The notes below the pieces were generated by a model. That model searched no databases and was not told the origin of the DNA. It saw only the letters and a list, made by a program, of their open reading frames with translations. DNA of 64,000 nucleotides from Octopus vulgaris (taxonomy: Eukaryota), in NCBI GenBank assembly GCA_951406725.2, contig OX597819.1:14446001-14510000 (forward strand), read 5' to 3'. The position numbers and the translations under genes were made by a program. Of this stretch, positions 14,167 through 28,613 are shown piece by piece; position 1 is the stretch's first letter, and every line of letters begins with the position of its first letter.

Positions 14167-14985
14167 GAAACATATCATTATTAACAGGGACCATCAAACA
14201 AAACAGTTTGCGGGGAAACTTTGGTGGGTGGGGGACAAGTCCGTAACAAAAGCAGAAAAAGCTGACGTCGACGTGTGACAATTGCTGGAGGGGAGGAATC
14301 GTGGAAGAAACTAGGATCCGAGATGATGGAGGGTAAAGAGGAGGGGTCAGGCTGACCAATGGGAATCAATGGGGTCACAGTGAATACCACGTGACAACAA
14401 TAACGATGATAATGCCGACGACGACATCTACAGCATGTTATTTGATCTGTTAGAATTAGCAGTTAAATCTCTTAGAAAGTCCACACTACAATAGGATGGC
14501 TGAGGTAGTTTGAACGATAGAGTCTTGCATATACTCTGTCAGGAAAGAAATAGGGAAAAGGACAGGAGGGTCACGGTCGGAATTGGTACAACTTAAATCA
14601 TGTCAGCACGGTCAACGTTGACCTGGGGCTAAACCACCACCACAACAACAACAATAACAGCAACAACAACAACAACATCAACATCTATTCTCTATTGTGA
14701 AGATGGTCAAAAAGAAATAGGTGCAGGCATGGCAGCGTGGTACGAATTTTGCTTCCCAACCACAAGGTTCTGCGTTCATTGCCAATATCTAGCTAATCCA
14801 ACAGCGGATTTAAGACCCTTCATTGGCTCGTGATATTTTGAAAACCTTGGCCCGGACGTACACCGGGTTTGGATCGCTTACTTTTACCGTTCTTACCTTC
14901 TACTAGTTCAGCATAATAAAGTCTTAATTTATCTAGGTATTTCATCTACAATGTGGCAATACTTCCTGGTTGCTATCGTCTAACT

Positions 14986-15315
14986 CGGAGGTTCCCAAGC
15001 ACGGTCCATATAAGATTTTTGGGGCCCAAACAACAAAGTTGTAAATTGGGGATCCACAATAGTATTTTAAAGGGCCCCTAAAAAAATTGCTTTAGATGTA
15101 TGTATTGGTATGTATTGCAAGGAACAGCGGGGTTTCTTTCTCTAAGATTTTACAGAGTTCAACCTACACAAGTTGATGTGTTTAAAAACAAAATAGAAAT
15201 TTTGAAAGAAGTTTCTATAAAACTAGTTTTTGAACATCGAATGGCTGTGGAGGGTCCACTGGAATAAAATAGTAATCTAAGGGGTCCATAGATAAAAAGG
15301 GGCTGAGAACCCCTG
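14986..15315. mobile_element. hAT (Charlie-like) MITE
   Basis: TIRs cggaggttcccaa / ctgagaacccctg. 8-bp TSD gtctaact / atctaact (7 of 8 match). Confidence 0.8.
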
Positions 15316-15742
15316 ATCTAACTAGACAGCTGTAGGCATTTGCAAAGAGGCCGAGCTTAATCCCGAGCAGGACAGTGACTCAACCTGTATCACCCGGGGT
15401 TTCTTGTTCCCCCCCAGTAAACATAATAAGTAAGGTTTCCCCAACAAGATACGTACCAGCTTATGGGTAAATTCGAGGACGGTGAGGGGTTCTTAGCTGC
15501 ATTTTGAATGTCAATCGAGATGCGTGCGAAGCATTAAACGAAACAGCGAAGTTCGTGTCATTTGGCTTTGACTTAAGTGGCACCAGTTCTTACAATATTG
15601 AGCATTCCAACACATGGAGAATGGTTGTTGTTGTTGTTGTTTAACCCCGGGTCAACCTCTGGTCAACCTCGGGTCAAACCTATTACAGCTACGACAATCA
15701 CGTTCGGTTTTCAAATTTATTAAGGACAGGGCAATTCAGTGT

Positions 15743-15895
15743 TTCTTCTTCTTCTTCTTCTTCTTCTTCTTCTTCTTCTTCTTCTTCTTCTTCTTCTTCT
15801 TCTTCTTCTTCTTCTTCTTCTTCTTCTTCTTCTTCTTCTTCTTCTCCCCTCTCCTTCTTCTTGTTCCCCTTCTTCTTCTTCTTCTTCTTCTTCTT

Positions 15896-15926
<31 letters not shown>

Positions 15927-16225
15927 TTATTCTTCTTCTTCTACTTCTTCTCCTTCTTCTTCTTCTTCTTCTTCTTCTTCTTCTTCTCCTTCTTCTTCTT
16001 CTTCTTCTTCTTCTTCTTCTTCTTCTCCTTCTTCTTGTTCCCCTTCTTCTTCTTCTTCCTCTTCTTCTGCTTCTTCTTCTTCCATCTCCTTCTTCTTGTT
16101 CCCCTTCTTGTTCTTCTTCTTCTCTCTCCTTCTTCTTGTTCCCCTTCTTCTTCGTCTTCTTCTTCTTCTTCTTCTTCTTCTTCTTCTTCTTCTTCCTCCT
16201 CTTCTACTTCTTCCTCTTCCTCCTC
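15743..16225. repeat. (TTC)n microsatellite
   Basis: Read directly from the sequence. Confidence 0.97.
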
Positions 16226-17013
16226 TCCCTCCCCCTCCCGATCACGAACACGGCAGAGATGTTGTGATGGCGAGGGACACTCAGCCTTGCTCTATCTAAC
16301 AGGTTGCCGCGCAGTCTCGTAGACGGCTGTTATCCGTTTTACCACACGTCAGCCGACGACGAGTAGTGGCTTGTATCATTAATAAGGGTGGCTCGTATTA
16401 TTAATAATAAGGGTGGTTCCTTAAGCAGGGTGGAGTGACTGGTGGTTTATAAGGCAGCAGGTTGAAGTAAACAGCGGAGAGAGAAGATGAACGAACTCGG
16501 CGGTGAGCAGCAGTGACTTGTGCAGTCAACATCCAGCCGACAGCACAACCGCCTCCTCCCCCCACTACCCACACACACATCTAATTACGGCTGCTGCTGC
16601 TGCTGCTGTTTAAAAACGTTCACTTCATACGTCTGTGTGTGTGTGTGTCTGTGTGTATACATATATGTATATGTTTGTAAAGGTATGTTTATGCATACGC
16701 ACAATGTATGCATCTATGCATGTACATTTAGAGAGTGAGGATGAGATAGAGTGAGGATGAGAGAGAGTGTGAGGATGAGAGATAGTGAGGCTGAGAGAGA
16801 GAGAGAGAGAGATGGGTGTAGGGCGTCCCATATGTGAGTCAGCGTTTAACAATGAACTCTGAACAGAAAAAAAAACTACTGACAGACTTATGGATGGCAT
16901 ATATATACACACGCAATATATGTGTGTGTGTGTAAGTGTGTATAAATATATATATATATATACACACAATATATATACACACATTATATATATATATATA
17001 TATATATTTACAT

Positions 17014-17049
<36 letters not shown>

Positions 17050-17239
17050 CATATGTATATATATATATATATGCATATATACACATATATACACATGCAT
17101 ACATATATACATTGATACATAGATACACTTTTACATACATATACAAAAGCACATCTCTCTATCTCTTTCCGTCTGTCTCCCCCTCTCTGTCTCTCTCTCT
17201 GTCTCTCTCTCTGTCTCCCTCTCTCTCTGTCTCTGTATG

Positions 17240-17323
<84 letters not shown>

Positions 17324-17418
17324 TGTATATTTATATATAAATAATGTGTGTGTGCGCGCTTGTGTGCGTGTATACATACATACATGTATGTATGTATGTA
17401 TGTATGTGTGTATATAAA

Positions 17419-17478
17419 CGGCGGCGGGCGGGCGGCGGCGGGCGGGCGGCGGCGGGCGGGCGGCGGCGGGCGGGCGGC
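17419..17478. repeat. Pure G/C (GGC/GGCG)n tract
   Basis: ggcggcgggcgggcggcggcggg..., a CpG-rich run in an otherwise AT-rich window. Confidence 0.9.
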
Positions 17479-17774
17479 TAGGAACGACAGCGAGTACATT
17501 TGACAAGAGCCTTCCCTCAGCTATGCAGGAAGTGCACGCTTGCTTCTTTGCTTATCTCAATAGACAGGAGGCAATCGTTTGCAGGCAAGTTGGTGCAGAA
17601 AAGGGGGTGGTGACGAGGGACGGGTGTGGGTGGGTGGGTGGGTGGGAAGAGGAGGAAGCGATGGTTGTGTTGAATGGTGGTGCGGCGGCGGTGGGGCGGG
17701 GGCATGGGTAGGGGTGGGGGTTGGAGCTGTGCTTGAGGGCGGGATGTGGGTGGTGGGTGGGGGTGGGGTGGTGG

Positions 17775-17815
<41 letters not shown>

Positions 17816-17935
17816 TGAGCGGGGGTTTGCGCTGCGCTTGAAGTTTACGTGAAATGTTAGGGCGTTTGTGCGTAAGGCAGTTTGTGTGTGTGTGTGTGTG
17901 TGTGTTACGAGTGTAGAAATGGGTTTGCTAGTATA

Positions 17936-17975
<40 letters not shown>

Positions 17976-18893
17976 AGCGTATGTGTGTACTCATGGCACT
18001 TTCGCTCTGTGCCCTCTGTGCGTGTGTGTGTGTGTTACGAGTGTAGAAATGGGGTTTATGTGTATATATATATATATATGTAAGTGTGTGTGTGTGTATG
18101 TATAAAAGGCGGTGCTCCAGCATGGCCGCAGTCAAATGACTGAAACAAGTAAAAGAGAAACTAAAAGAGAAATATGTGTGTGAGTGTATGAGTGTAGTAA
18201 TGCGTTTACGACTATATGTGTGTATGTGTGTGCGTGTATGTGTGTGTGTATGTGTGTATGTGTGTGTGCGTGTATGTATGTATGTATATGAGTATAACAA
18301 AGTTTGTGTGTTATTTTCTTTGCGGGGTGAAATAGGGTGTAATCTGGATGTGTGTGTATATGTGTTTGTGTAAGTGCGTGTGGAGTAATAGCAGAGGTAA
18401 CAGCAGTAGTAGTGTCAGTGGTTATAGTAGTAGTAGTAGTAGTAGTAGTAGTTGGTGGTGGTGGTGGTGGTAGTGGTGGTGGTGTTGGCGGTGGCGGTGA
18501 TGAGGTGAAAAATCTTTGGGCGAGTTATGCGGCCCTATCATGTACATCATTAATGAGTTCCATTTCATGTCACACAGCGTAGCAAAACAACACGAAACGA
18601 AACGAATAAAAAAAAAGTCAACAACAACAACAACAACAACAACAATATGAAATATAATATGAGACAAAAACAAACAAAAACAAAGCAACAACTCAATATC
18701 ACAAAGTAAAAATACAACAAATAAAAACAAAAAAAAAAACAATGTAAAATAAATAGCAATTATAATGGGTTTTTTTTCTTTATATTTTTTTTGGGGGTTT
18801 CGTTTTTGTTGTTTTTTTTTTTATACCGGCGTAAGCGTTCTGTGTGTTTTTTGTTTTTTTTGCTACCGTTTCTGTTGTTGTTGTTGTTGGTGG

Positions 18894-18963
<70 letters not shown>

Positions 18964-19292
18964 CACGACGGTAATGTTTATGATGATGGGTATCTGCGAA
19001 TGTCGTATTTTCTGAACGATATTCTTCTTCTTCTTCTTCTTCTTCTTCTTCTTCTTCTTCTTCTTCTTCTTCTTCTTCTTCTTCTTCTGCCTCCTCCTCC
19101 TCCTCCTCCTCCTCCATCGCCACCGTCGCTGCTCATCGTTTCACCGTGAAATTGATCACCAATTTTTTTTTGTTTTTTTTTCTTCTAAATTTATTTTATT
19201 TAATTTGATGGATTTAAGGATAAAAAATACTTCATAAAATGGCATACATCTCTGTTTGGCCATTCTTTGCAACTATACATATGTACATGCCT

Positions 19293-19478
<186 letters not shown>

Positions 19479-19721
19479 CACACATACATATATACATATA
19501 TGTATACACGCATATATAGATACATACCGATAGGTATATAGGTATACATATATACATATACGCATGTATACATATATATGCATATATATGTATACAAATA
19601 CACATACACACGAACGCACATACACACACATGTATGCATGTATCTATATACATGTATGTATATATACGTTATATTTACATATATATATGTAAATATGTAT
19701 ATATTTATATGCATATTTATA

Positions 19722-19759
<38 letters not shown>

Positions 19760-20146
19760 CATACATATATATATGATCCATGAAAGACATCTGTAATATA
19801 TCATCACCATTAGCAGCAGCTACAACCACCACCACAACAACAACAACAACAGCAACAACAGTCAAGAAGAATAACATCAGCGTTAATACAACAACATCTA
19901 CATCGTCACGGTCACCACCGCCCAACCCCGCAAGACCAACAAAACAACATCCACAGCACGGTACCTGAAATATAATATACAATGGCTGACGTGTGTGCGT
20001 TTGTGCTCTCATAGCAGTCATCTATATTATCAATAGTGTCGTGATTTCACCCTAGCTCCCATCCTTTCTGGTTTGATGAAATAATGTATGTGTCGGAGAC
20101 TGATGGCATTGTTAGAAGGTCATACAAAATGCCGGGCTGTATTTTC

Positions 20147-22358
20147 GGCGAGCTGGCAGAAGCGATAGCACGCCGGGCGAAATGCTTAGCAGTATTTCGT
20201 CTGCCATTACGTTCTGAGATCAAATTCCGCCGAGGTCGACTTTGCCTTTCATCCTTAAATATGTACCAGTTACGCACTGGGGTCGGTATAATCGACTTAA
20301 TCCGATTGTCTGTCCTTGTTTGTCCCCTCTGTGTTTAGCCGCTTGTGGGTAGTAAAGAAATAGGTATTTCGTCTGTCTCTACGTTCTGAGTTCAAATTCC
20401 GCCGAGGTCGACTTTGCCTTTCATCCTTTCAGGATCGATTAAATATGTACCAGTTACGCACTGGGGTCGATATAATCAACTTAATCCGTTTGTCTGTCCT
20501 TGTTTGTCCCTTCTGTGTTTAGCCCCTTGTGGGTAGTAAAGAAATAGGTATTTCGTCTGTTTCTACGTTCAAATTCCGCCAAGGTCGACTTTGCCTTTCA
20601 TGCTTTCGGGATCGATTAAATATGTACCAGTTACGCACTGGGGTCGATATAATCAACTTAATCCGTTTGTCTGTCCTTGTTTGTCCTCTCTGTGTTTAGC
20701 CCCTTGTGGGTAGTAAAGAAATAGGCATTTCGTCTGTCTCTACGTTCTGAGTTCAAATTCCGCCGAGGTCGACTTTGCCTTTCATCCTTTCAGGATCGAT
20801 TAAATATGTACCAGTTACGCACTGAGGTCGATATAATCAACTTAATCCGTTTGTCTGTCCTTGTTTGTCCCTTCTGTGTTTAGCCCCTTGTGGGTAGTAA
20901 AGAAATAGGTATTTCGTCTGTTTCTACGTTCAAATTCCGCCAAGGTCGACTTTGCCTTTCATGCTCTCGGGATCGATTAAATATGTACCAGTTACGCACT
21001 GGGGTCGATATAATCAACTTAATCCGTTTGTCTGTCCTTGTTTGTCCTCTCTGTGTTTAGCCCCTTGTGGGTAGTAAAGAAATAGGCATTTCGTCTGTTT
21101 CTACGTTCTGAGTTCAAATTCCGCCGAGGTCGACTTTGCCTTTCATGCTCTCGGGATCGATTAAATATGTACCAGTTACGCACTGGGGTCGATATAATCA
21201 ACTTAATCCGTTTGTCTGTCCTTGTTTGTCCCCTCTGTGTTTAGCCCCCTGTGGGTAATAAAGAAATAGGTATTTCGTCTGTTTCTACGTTCAAATTCCG
21301 CCAAGGTCGACTTTGCCTTTCATGCTTTCGGGATCGATTAAATATGTACCAGTTACGCACTGGGGTCGATATAATCAACTTAATCCGTTTGTCTGTCCTT
21401 GTTTGTCCCCTCTGTGTTTAGCCCCCTGTGGGTAATAAAGAAATAGGTATTTCGTCTGTTTCTACGTTCAAATTCCGCCGAGGTCGACTTTGCCTTTCAT
21501 GCTTTCGGGATCGATTAAATATGTACCAGTTACGCACTGGGGTCGATATAATCAACTTAATCCGTTTGTCTGTCCTTGTTTGTCCCCTCTGTGTTTAGCC
21601 CCCTGTGGGTAGTAAAGAAATAGGCATTTCGTCTGTTTCTACGTTCTGAGTTCAAATTCCGCCGAGGTCGACTTTGCCTTTCATGCTTTCGGGATCGATT
21701 AAATATGTACCAGTTACGCACTGGGGTCGATATAATCAACTTAATCCGTTTGTCTGTCCTTGTTTGTCCCCTCTGTGTTTAGCCCCTTGTGGGTAGTAAA
21801 GAAATAGGCATTTCGTCTGTTTCTACGTTCTGAGTTCAAATTCCGCCGAGGTCGACTTTGCCTTTCATGCTCTCGGGATCGATTAAATATGTACCAGTTA
21901 CGCACTGGGGTCGATATAATCAACTTAATCCGTTTGTCTGTCCTTGTTTGTCCCCTCTGTGTTTAGCCCCTTGTGGGTAGTAAAGAAATAGGCATTTCGT
22001 CTGTTTCTACGTTCTGAGTTCAAATTCCGCTGAGGTCGACTTTGCCTTTCATGCTTTCGGGATCGATTAAATATGTACCAGTTACGCACTGGGGTCGATA
22101 TAATCAACTTAATCCGTTTGTCTGTCCTTGTTTGTCCCCTCTGTGTTTAGCCCCTTGTGGGTAGTAAAGAAATAGGCATTTCGTCTGTTTCTACGTTCTG
22201 AGTTCAAATTCCGCCGAGGTCGACTTTGCCTTTCATGCTCTCGGGATCGATTAAATATGTACCAGTTACGCACTGGGGTCGATATAATCAACTTAATCCG
22301 TTTGTCTGTCCTTGTTTGTCCCCTCTGTGTTTAGCCCCCTGTGGGTAGTAAAGAAATT
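20147..22358 (+). repeat. Tandem array of 12 SINE family A units (184 and 177 bp periods)
   Basis: The tail motif ta(g/a)taaagaaa recurs at about 20350, 20535, 20712, 20896, 21073, 21257, 21434, 21611, 21795, 21979, 22163 and 22347. The 177-bp units lack ctgagtt. Confidence 0.95.
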
Positions 22359-22858
22359 GGTATTTTGTTGGCGGCGTCACCCTTCTTGCGGTGCCGAATC
22401 GGTAAAGATTCTGTGCGTCTAAGGTAAACTTGAAACCCAAAGTAACTATGTCTCAGCAACAGAATTAATCTTCGAAAGTTTGTTGATAGAAATAAAACTG
22501 TGTTGATACGCCGTGGTATTTTGTGTTAGTCTTTCTGACGAATGGCTAATGTCAGAAGCGTTAGATTTTTTTCACGCCTCAAAGAAAGTAATCGCCCATC
22601 GTTAGCGTTCAACCGTGAAATCAGTCGGACATCAACTTCAACTTCAGTTTCAGTTATCACAGAGATGACGATGATGAGAATGATGTTGATGATAGTGAGC
22701 CTCCTCCTCCTCATCATCATCATCATCATCACCATCATCACCATCATCATCACTATCATCACTATCATCAACATATCGCACAACTGGACATTCTCATCGT
22801 CACCATCGTCATTACCACCATCATCATCATCATCACCATCATCCTCATCACCACCACC

Positions 22859-22907
<49 letters not shown>

Positions 22908-22999
22908 CTCAAGCGTCATGTCAATCATCAAGTGCAATATCAGTGGAAATTATTCCCACCCACATGAATATCATCGCCACAACACCGCCGCCGCCACCG

Positions 23000-23522
23000 C
23001 CAGGCACTGGCTGTCATGGCTTCTCATCGCAACTGATTGGAAGTGTTATCATGTACATTGTTATTGTCTTGGTATAAAAAGATGGGCTACAGCAAATATT
23101 CTGCTCAATACCACAGATTTGCTTGTTTGATCTTAACCAGTTGACCATGTCTCGATATGTGACGATATCTCTGATCAGGAGCAGGTGTAGTGGGTGTGCA
23201 TCATAGCCATGTGTTGAGAAATATTGTTTGGGGTTTGAATAACTCACCCCTGGAAACATGGATGTTTCATTCAACATCCTCAAACAACCCTTATTCAAGG
23301 ACCGGGATGGGCTTCTCGACCTGAAGAAAATTTTGACTGGGCCCCACCTGCAAGGTCATGCGCTATTTATCTTGATATAAGGTCACAATGTAGCGCACGT
23401 ATGGCTGTGATGCATGTGCCTACTGTACCCTAATCAGATATGTAGTCATGACGGGTACATCAGGCTTTATATATTTGTATCCCAACGTCATTTTGATGAT
23501 GTGTTCTGCTCTCTCTCTTTCC

Positions 23523-23525
<3 letters not shown>
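23000..23525 (+). mobile_element. ~550-bp non-coding interspersed repeat abutting (TAA)n
   Basis: Matches 57212-57551 (minus strand) and 10313-10580. The 3' end ctctctctttccat runs into (AAT)n. Confidence 0.8.
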
Positions 23526-23850
<325 letters not shown>

Positions 23851-24497
23851 GACAAATTATGTGAAATGCAGAATTGATAAAAAAACTGAGAGCGAAATTC
23901 ATATAACATGAATACAAAAGGCGACATGACAATGTGACAAGAATGACCCGTTGAGAGGTTTTGTGGAAATTATGGCCAAGATCAAGACGTGGTATGACCA
24001 AGTCTCAGAGGGAGTTACTAAGAATGAGGTTTGCAAAATCTTGTGGGATGCGATGATTCAGTCTGACCGTCAGTTTTAGATATTGGTAATATGATCTTGT
24101 TGTGGTGTACAGTGAAGACGAAACATGCCTGATAATCGACATAGCATATCCTGGTGACAAAAGGATTGAAAAGAAAGAAGGGAGAAAAAGTGAACAACTA
24201 TGATGAATTGAAATCGGAAGTACGCAGATTGAGGACAATGGAGAGAGCGCGGACGTGATGCGAATAATGATCGGTGCGTTTGGAAAGATCAGCGCTCAAC
24301 TACCAGCTCGGCTCGGCTCAAAAAAGATTGGTACAAATGTTAAGAGAGAACACCTACAAAAATCATCATTGCTTGGAACTGCAAAAGTTCTCCATGGGGT
24401 TCTTGAAGCATGATCAGTAAACAAGGGCCACCTTTGTCTGCTGGATGCGGACAGCTGACACTTTCCATCATAACAAGCAAAATAAAGCTGATTTTTC
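23851..24497 (+). mobile_element. Decayed 3' part of an R4/Dong-type non-LTR retrotransposon (RLE endonuclease domain plus 3' UTR)
   Basis: Frameshifted motifs EYKRRHDNV, KILWD, CLIIDIAYPGDKRIEKKE, IGAFG and HLQKSSLLGTAKVLHGVLEA*, typical of the RLE C-terminus. Confidence 0.85.
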
Positions 24498-24507
24498 ATG
24501 ATATAGC

Positions 24508-24802
24508 TCTTCTTCTTCTTCTTCTTCTTCTTCTTCTTCTTCTTCTTCTTCTTCTTCTTCTTCTTCTTCTTCTTCTTCTTCTTCTTCTTCTTCTCCTCCT
24601 CCTCCTTCTTCTTCTTCGCCTCCTCCTCCTCCTCCTTCTTCTTTTTCTTCTTCTTCTTCTTCTTTTTCTTCTTCTTCTTCTTCTTCTTCTTCTTCTTCTT
24701 CTTGTTCTCCTCCTCCTCCTCCTCCTCCTCCTCCTCCTTCTTCTTCCTCTTCTTCTTATTCTTCTTTTTCTTCTTCTTCTTCTTCTTCTTCTTCTTCTTC
24801 TA

Positions 24803-24870
<68 letters not shown>

Positions 24871-25570
24871 CACCATCATCATCATGGTGGTAATGGTATC
24901 AACAATGCCCACCAAACGCATCACCGCCTCCTTCTCTCACTAAATCGCCATCTTCTTCCTCTTCACTCCACCATTTTTCTCTACTGCCCCAAAAACCACC
25001 TCAACGTCCTTTTCATCGAATAATAAGCACCCTCCCACCACCACCACCACCACCACGACTACTACTACCATGACTACAACATTTACCGTTATCATTTTCA
25101 AGATCATAATCACCATCGCCGCCAATCTCCCCACCATTATCACCACCACCACCACTACCACCATCCCCACCACCACTACCACCACCACCATACCACCACC
25201 ACTACCACCGCCAGCAGCAGCAGCACCACCACCACCACAAACCCCTCCACCAACACCAGCGCCACCACCATACCTTCTCTACCACCACCACCACCACCGC
25301 CACCACCACCATCACAACCACCACACCTCCTCCACCACCACCACCATCACCACCACCACCACACCTCCTCCACCACCACCACCACCACCATCACCATCAC
25401 CACCGCCGCCGCCACCACCACCACCACCATTTTTAACAGTAATATCATCATCACCAGACCAACAAGAGGCTAGCAGTATCCTACGCACCATCCTCCTCCT
25501 CCTCCTCCTCCTCCTCCTCATCATCATCATCATCATAATCATCACCATCATCATCATCATCACCATCACT
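24508..25570. repeat. Compound triplet repeats (TTC, TTA, CCA, TCA)
   Basis: Read directly from the sequence. Confidence 0.9.
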
Positions 25571-26127
25571 GTCGTCGCCGTCTTTGTCATCGCCTGATGT
25601 TTAATTATGATTTGCCTGATAATTTTATTTTATTTTATTTTATTTTACTGCATTTATTTAAACGTTTCGTATGAGCGTCTGAATGCTTCTAGAGTCTTCC
25701 CTGTTCATCGTGGAGTTAGTGGTGGTGGTGGAAGTGGAGGGTGGGTGAGAGGGAGCCGAGCCGTGGAATGCCAAAATGTCCAGGAGGTATGGAGATTTTG
25801 CAGAGAGAAAAGAAATAAAGACTTCATCACAAATATATTAACGGAGCGTGTGTGACTTCCATACTAATTCCGACCAAAAGACTCAGATGAATTCTGACAC
25901 TTCCGGAACGACGACAGCCTTAAACCGAACACCATACTTGCATACATACATGCATACCTATATGCCAACGTACATACTGTTATACATGCCTACACACACA
26001 CACACACACACACATATATTTCGGTTTTGCATATATTGTTTTAATGACTCCCTAGATACAACACACACACACACACACACACACACATATTCTGATATAT
26101 ATATATTTATATGTATATATATATATA

Positions 26128-26177
<50 letters not shown>

Positions 26178-26183
26178 TATTTA

Positions 26184-26612
26184 TCAGGTCATCCCATAAG
26201 TTCTGTCCGATTTTACCTTTCTTAAAATTGAATAAAATTTAATAGTATTTTAGAATGTCTAATGGAAGTAAAAATTATTTTTATGCATTTGTGTACATTT
26301 AGAATAATTAAATGTTATTTTACAGAGTAATAGAATTAAAACCTCTTTGATTAAAACCCTCTCTAACATGGAAGTATCCAAAGAATATTTAAGGCACATA
26401 ATGCTTTATGAGAACAAAATAAGGAAACTCTGCAGCCAAAGTGACTCGAAATATACACTTAGTTTATGAGAAAGAATGCTTGAATGAAAGAACTTGCAGA
26501 AGATGGTCTGGAAAATTCAGAAGTGGAGATTTCAGCCTTGAAGATGAAGATCGAACAGGACGTACAGTTGAGTTTGATGATAAGATCCTTCAGGTATTAC
26601 TTGAAGAAAATC
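26184..26612 (+). mobile_element. Mariner transposon 5' end with frameshifted transposase N-terminus (HTH region)
   Basis: TA followed by the TIR tcaggtcatcccataagttctgtccg. MEVSKEYLRHIMLYE from 26368, then ERTCRRWSGKFRSGDFSLEDEDRTGR...LLEENP. Confidence 0.9.
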
Positions 26613-26878
26613 CTGACTTTGGAAAGTTATGTCCCCCAAATGATTCTGTAAACTACAAAACAAATGGTAGTCTGAAGGAGCAAGGTCGGGAGAATAAGGT
26701 GGATGAGAAATTTTTTCCCAACCAAGCTCTTCGATCTTCTGTCATGTGATCTTTGCAGTGTGGGGTTGCACATTGTCCTGATGAAGCATCACTCCTTTTC
26801 GATTCACTAAAGCGGGTCTTTTTTTCTTGAAAGCTTGGTTCAAACGCTCCAATTGCTGACAGTAGACTTGAGCGTTTA
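26613..26878 (-). pseudogene. Inverted mariner transposase catalytic-domain fragment
   Basis: Minus strand reads NAQVYCQQLERLNQAFKKKRPALVNRKGVMLHQDNVQPHTAKIT*QKIEELGWE, the HDNARPH region. Confidence 0.85.
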
Positions 26879-26886
26879 TATATATA

Positions 26887-27172
26887 TTGGGTTGTCCGGA
26901 AATTTCGTACCGATTTATAGTAGCTTACCTTTCGACTTATTTTAGAACATGGTTGAGTCCATAAAATAGGATTTGACTACACCTCCATTTAGAGCACAGT
27001 TTAAGCTATCTTTTCGTGGAAGAAGGTTTATGTTCCTATAACCTGTGTTAATTCTGTAACCCTTTAAAATGGAAGATAAGAAAGTTCATTTTCGGCACTT
27101 GATGCTTTGGGAACCAGACAAAAATTACTGCAGCTCGGCTGGGATATGTTACCCCACCCTCCAGATTCACCA
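26887..27172 (+). mobile_element. Second mariner family, internally deleted
   Basis: TIR ttgggttgtccggaaatttcgtaccgattt. MEDKKVHFRHLMLWE is fused to RQKLLQLGWDMLPHPPDSP (HPPYSPDL-like motif). Confidence 0.85.
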
Positions 27173-27212
27173 AAAGTAAACACAAAACGACACATTCCCA
27201 TACAACAACTCA

Positions 27213-27262
<50 letters not shown>

Positions 27263-27583
27263 AGTTTATGTATGTGTATGTGTGTATACATATACATACT
27301 AATATGTATGTATTTATACATGTATCTACTTGTAATAAGTGTGTGAATCTGAGAGGGGAATATGTTAAATAAAATCATAATTAACCGATCCTCCTATATT
27401 TTCTTTTACCCAAGGCAAGAACTTTGCGGCATTCCTTCTTTTTGTATATGTATATATATGTGTGTGAGTGTGTTTGTGTGTGAGTGTGTGTGTGTGTGTG
27501 TGTATGTATAGATATACATATATACATATGTGGTGTGCGCGCGTGTATACATACAAACCTACGGATGCATATATACATGTGTG

Positions 27584-27628
<45 letters not shown>

Positions 27629-27724
27629 AATGTACATATAAATGTGTCTCATCACAAATAGATACATGTATAAATACATACATATTAGTATGTATATGCA
27701 TACACACACACACACAAACGTATG

Positions 27725-27787
<63 letters not shown>

Positions 27788-28416
27788 GCGTGAGTTGTTG
27801 TATGGGAATGTGTCGTTCTGTGTTTACTATTAAATTGCAATCTAGGCTCAATGTGGCTCTCGTTCGAACCTCACCGCTCAGCTCTAACAACACCCGAACA
27901 TATTAGATGACAGATATGAGATATGGGTTTTTACCTTTGTCTGTGACTTGAAACCTTCACCTCCTTAACCGTTCCTTGACCCACACTGGAAAGATCACAC
28001 CAATAATCAGATTTGTTCCCGCAAATCTACACTTTGCTTAGTAACAATGAAACTTAATATGGCTCCCAATGAACGCACCAGAATACAGCAGCGTAACTCA
28101 GCAGTATTTACGATGAATACGTGAAGTGCGACGCACAAAACTAACACAACCTTACATACGAATACACACACACAAACACACACACACACACACACACACA
28201 CATTCATACACACACACACACACACACACACATTCATACACACACACACTCATACACACACATACATGCACACGCAAGCACGCACAAACGCATACATACC
28301 CATACAAATTCTTTGCGCAAACCACACACCATTATAGAAGATCGCAAGAAATGTTCACACATCATTCTTTGGTTTCACACACGTACATACTCTTATATAT
28401 ACATATACACATGCAT

Positions 28417-28453
<37 letters not shown>

Positions 28454-28501
28454 CATACACAGATATAAATATTGTTATGTATACGAGCATGTATATATAT
28501 G

Positions 28502-28613
<112 letters not shown>

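Noticed and set aside
20147-22358. Repeated identical 60-aa ORFs and a CRISPR-like periodicity
   Set aside because: The units are whole SINE bodies with no unique spacers, there are no cas genes, and the context is eukaryotic. The ORFs are antisense SINE translations.
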